17,583 bases of DNA from IMG/VR virus record IMGVR_UViG_2585427735_000005; one strand, 5' to 3'. Each line of letters opens with the position of its first letter. Position 1 is the stretch's first letter. A program made the translations under genes and the position numbers. The DNA is from a virus. Lineage: Duplodnaviria > Heunggongvirae > Uroviricota > Caudoviricetes. Positions 15,442 to 17,583 of the stretch are shown here, one piece after another. The notes beneath the pieces were generated by a model. It worked only from the letters and a program-made list of their open reading frames with translations. It ran no database searches and had not been told where the DNA came from.

Positions 15442-15834
15442 ATGCGTGATATTCAGATGGTTCTCGAACGCTGGGGAGCATGGGCGGCAAATAATCATGA
15501 GAATGTTAGTTGGTCGCCAATTGCTGCGGGGTTTAAAGGCCTCATCCCCTCAAAAGTAAAATTTCGACCGCAATGTTGCGATGATGATGGTCTTATCATT
15601 AGTTCAGTTATGGCAGTTCTCAAGAAAAAGGAACCATATCAATACCAATTACTGGAAATGTATTATGTATATGGGATCACATTACGAGCGTTAGGGGCGA
15701 AAATGGGGATATCGCTTAATCAAGTTGTTATTAGATTGCAGAAAGCTGAAGGGTTTGTTGAAGGGTGTCTGGCAATGCTCGAGGTATCTTTAGAAATGGA
15801 TTGCTATATGAATCACGAAAATGATTCAAGATAA
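15442..15834 (+). CDS. Q-family late-gene antiterminator (phage 82 / QuuD-like)
   Basis: I prefer the ATG at 15442, 7 nt after GGAG, over the TTG at 15427. The N-terminus [20 protein letters not shown] matches the Q antiterminators of 82-type lambdoid phages as I recall them. It sits at the end of the early operon. Confidence 0.7.
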   Translation: MRDIQMVLERWGAWAANNHENVSWSPIAAGFKGLIPSKVKFRPQCCDDDGLIISSVMAVLKKKEPYQYQLLEMYYVYGITLRALGAKMGISLNQVVIRLQKAEGFVEGCLAMLEVSLEMDCYMNHENDSR

Positions 15835-15900
15835 ATGAACAGTTACTAGTTATATTTTACAGTAATCTCCTGATGATACACGTTCAGCAGGAGGTTATTT

Positions 15901-16518
15901 ATGAATGAAAATGTAAGACACATATTGCTGGATGCAATTGAAAATAAGAAATCTTTAACGGTAATTTACTTAGGAGGTAGTCAGCCAGGAACATTGAGAG
16001 ATATATCTCCGATAAGCATATCAGAAGATAAACTTAGGGCAAGATGCCATAGTACTGATGCTGTAAAGTTTTTTAATATTGGGAAAATACAACTACCTAG
16101 TGACTCGTCCATGATAACTGTGCCATATGGAAGTTTAGAGCTTAAAGTTTATGAGACGATGCAGAGTGTGTATGAGGACTTTCATAGCCTGTATCCGGAA
16201 GGTCGATGGGGAGTTGAATTTAATGATCATGAATTTGCTCTATTTGATTTTTTCAAAAATGGAAAAAGAAAAAAAACAGCATTTATGGCAATTCAGTTTA
16301 TGGAAAGACATGAGGATGAAACAAGAACGGAGATAACAATTGATGTCAGTCTATCAGGTGTTGTGATTTCGGAGGGAGCCAGAACACCTAAAAGACGTCC
16401 GTGGGTTGTGACTGGTCCCGGGCGTGGAGAGCTAAGAACTTATTCAACGTTAGACAAAGCTGCTACAGAGTTTTTTAAGCGACTTTCATTGATGGTATCT
16501 ATGGCGATTGAAACATAA
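15901..16518 (+). CDS. AT-rich hypothetical protein (205 aa), candidate moron / cargo gene
   Basis: ATG at 15901 with AGGAGG 8 nt upstream. Two 60-nt samples I counted gave 17/60 and 23/60 G+C, far below the flanking phage genes. Contains a Lys/Arg-rich stretch (KNGKRKKTAF). A hairpin plus U-tract follows. No domain recognised. Confidence 0.6.
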   Translation: MNENVRHILLDAIENKKSLTVIYLGGSQPGTLRDISPISISEDKLRARCHSTDAVKFFNIGKIQLPSDSSMITVPYGSLELKVYETMQSVYEDFHSLYPEGRWGVEFNDHEFALFDFFKNGKRKKTAFMAIQFMERHEDETRTEITIDVSLSGVVISEGARTPKRRPWVVTGPGRGELRTYSTLDKAATEFFKRLSLMVSMAIET

Positions 16519-16607
16519 GGGATATAAAGATACCGAGGAAATGATTTGTGTTATAACAAAAACCATCTTAATCTGTTAAGAGTGGTCACTCCGTCATACA
16601 GCTTAAA

Positions 16608-16629
16608 CCTGCCGCCTGGCGGGTTTTTT
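16608..16629 (+). terminator. Putative intrinsic terminator after the AT-rich gene
   Basis: Stem CCUGCC (16608-16613) pairs with GGCGGG (16618-16623), with one G-U pair and loop GCCU, followed by UUUUUU (16624-16629). Confidence 0.5.
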
Positions 16630-16749
16630 ATGCCCAAAATCGCGTCAGTACAGTAAACACGCTGGTGGTTGCGAATACGGGTCTTTCAGCTTGCTGGCTT
16701 TTTCGACAAGAGTTATTGGTGTGTCACGTTAACCGGAAAAGGAAAAGAC

Positions 16750-16947
16750 ATGCTAAAACAGCAGGATATGACCGAAACCGCCAGAGTGGTGTTTAATGAA
16801 TTAAGCGTCACCGAACCGGCGACCGTCGGGGAGATTGCGCAGAATACTTACCTTTCACGTGAACGCTGCCAGTTAATACTGACTCAGCTTGTTATGGCGG
16901 GTCTGGCAGATTATCAGTTCGGTTGTTACAGACGCCTTCAGCCCTGA
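16750..16947 (+). CDS. Small hypothetical protein (65 aa) with HTH-like segment
   Basis: ATG at 16750, 6 nt after AAGGA. The segment TVGEIAQNTYLSRERCQLILTQLVMAGL looks like a helix-turn-helix. The ORF-track start at 16669 is TTG and reads through the upstream terminator region, so I prefer the internal ATG. Confidence 0.45.
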   Translation: MLKQQDMTETARVVFNELSVTEPATVGEIAQNTYLSRERCQLILTQLVMAGLADYQFGCYRRLQP

Positions 16948-16961
16948 AGGCTTTTTTATTT
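16934..16961 (+). terminator. Strong intrinsic terminator
   Basis: GCCTTCA (16934-16940) pairs with TGAAGGC (16945-16951), loop GCCC, followed by TTTTTTATTT (16952-16961). It overlaps the stop codon of the small ORF. Confidence 0.65.
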
Positions 16962-17097
16962 GTGGTAATGGGCGGCTGGTGGGTGTTAGCGGCACCTGCC
17001 AGCCATCTGCTCATGCGTTGGGGTCACAAGCAAACCTCAGGCCCATCTGCTTTGCGCAAAAGCAGAATGAGCCTATCAGAGACAGGCTTAATGATCC

Positions 17098-17583
17098 ATG
17101 CTTAACACTGTAAAAATATCCAGTTGTGAGTTAATCAACGCCGACTGCCTGGAATTTATCCGGTCGTTACCCGAAAATTCTGTTGACCTGATAGTCACGG
17201 ACCCGCCGTACTTTAAAGTGAAGCCCGAGGGCTGGGATAACCAGTGGAAGGGCGACGATGATTACCTGAAGTGGCTGGACCAGTGTCTGGCGCAGTTCTG
17301 GCGGGGGCTGAAACCTGCCGGAAGTCTTTACCTGTTCTGTGGTCATCGCCTGGCATCTGATATCGAAATCATGATGCGTGAACGCTTCAGTGTGCTGAAC
17401 CATATTATCTGGGCGAAGCCGTCCGGACGCTGGAACGGATGCAACAAGGAAAGCCTGCGGGCGTTTTCCCCCGCCACAGAGCGCATTCTGTTCGCGGAAC
17501 ATTATCAGGGGCCGTATCGTCCGAAAGATGCCGGGTATGCGGCGAAGGGCAGTGCACTGAAACAGCATGTGATGGCCCCGCTG
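17098..17583 (+). CDS. DNA methyltransferase, N6-adenine/N4-cytosine (beta-class), 5' partial (runs off the window)
   Basis: From the ATG at 17098 the frame is open to the window end (162 codons). The DPPY catalytic motif lies near the N-terminus (DLIVTDPPYFKV) and a downstream GSLYLFCG segment follows, as in beta-class amino-methyltransferases. Absent from the ORF track, presumably because there is no stop in the window. Confidence 0.7.
   Translation, partial: MLNTVKISSCELINADCLEFIRSLPENSVDLIVTDPPYFKVKPEGWDNQWKGDDDYLKWLDQCLAQFWRGLKPAGSLYLFCGHRLASDIEIMMRERFSVLNHIIWAKPSGRWNGCNKESLRAFSPATERILFAEHYQGPYRPKDAGYAAKGSALKQHVMAPL

Larger units (their letters stand above)
1..17583. mobile_element. Lambdoid prophage segment: int/xis, early-left operon, cI/cro immunity, replication, nin-like region, Q, start of late region
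   Basis: Canonical lambdoid order and orientation: minus-strand int and xis at the left edge, a long minus-strand early operon, divergent cI/cro with operator palindromes, then a tightly coupled plus-strand operon ending in Q. The window does not contain the right end of the element. Confidence 0.85.

Noticed and set aside
16669-16749. TTG-initiated 5' extension of the small HTH ORF (track start 16669)
   Set aside because: It begins at a TTG only about 40 nt past the upstream terminator U-tract and has no ribosome-binding site. The internal ATG at 16750 has an AAGGA site.
16889-17113. Plus-strand ORFs 16889..17113 and 16923..17105
   Set aside because: They span the strong terminator and the repeat-rich methyltransferase leader; no ribosome-binding site and implausible composition.
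17167-17568. 133-aa minus-strand ORF
   Set aside because: Antisense to the beta-class methyltransferase ORF, which carries a DPPY motif and is open to the window end.
1-17583. Search for tRNA, rRNA or CRISPR loci
   Set aside because: No cloverleaf-compatible segments with a conserved T-loop, no rRNA-like stretches and no regular repeat-spacer arrays were seen by eye. A tRNAscan or CRISPR-finder run would be needed for certainty.

Overview
This window reads as the early half of a lambdoid (lambda-like) enterobacterial prophage, starting at its integrase-proximal edge. The gene order on the minus strand is integrase, excisionase-like gene, then a leftward early accessory operon: small hypotheticals, a PD-(D/E)xK-like protein, two tandem Ea22-like paralogs and a four-gene module (120/274/178/~115 aa) that I think matches yfdPQRS of E. 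coli prophage CPS-53, including an HD-domain hydrolase. The immunity region follows: a LexA-type CI repressor divergent from a Cro-like gene, with TTGCG-N5-TGCAA operator-like palindromes on both sides. The rightward operon runs Cro, CII/YdaT-like, Rha-family regulator, a replication initiator (O-like) with iteron-like repeats inside its coding sequence, a Dam-like N6-adenine methyltransferase, RusA, a KilA-N protein, a DUF968-like protein and a Q antiterminator. Directly after Q sits a strongly AT-rich 205-aa gene of unknown function with its own ribosome-binding site and a terminator; this is my top candidate for an undescribed cargo (moron) function such as defence or toxin. A small HTH-like ORF with a strong terminator and the 5' part of a second DNA methyltransferase follow, running off the right edge. 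No rRNA, tRNA or CRISPR array was seen. All functional calls rest on motifs read by eye and on recalled family knowledge; no database search was run.
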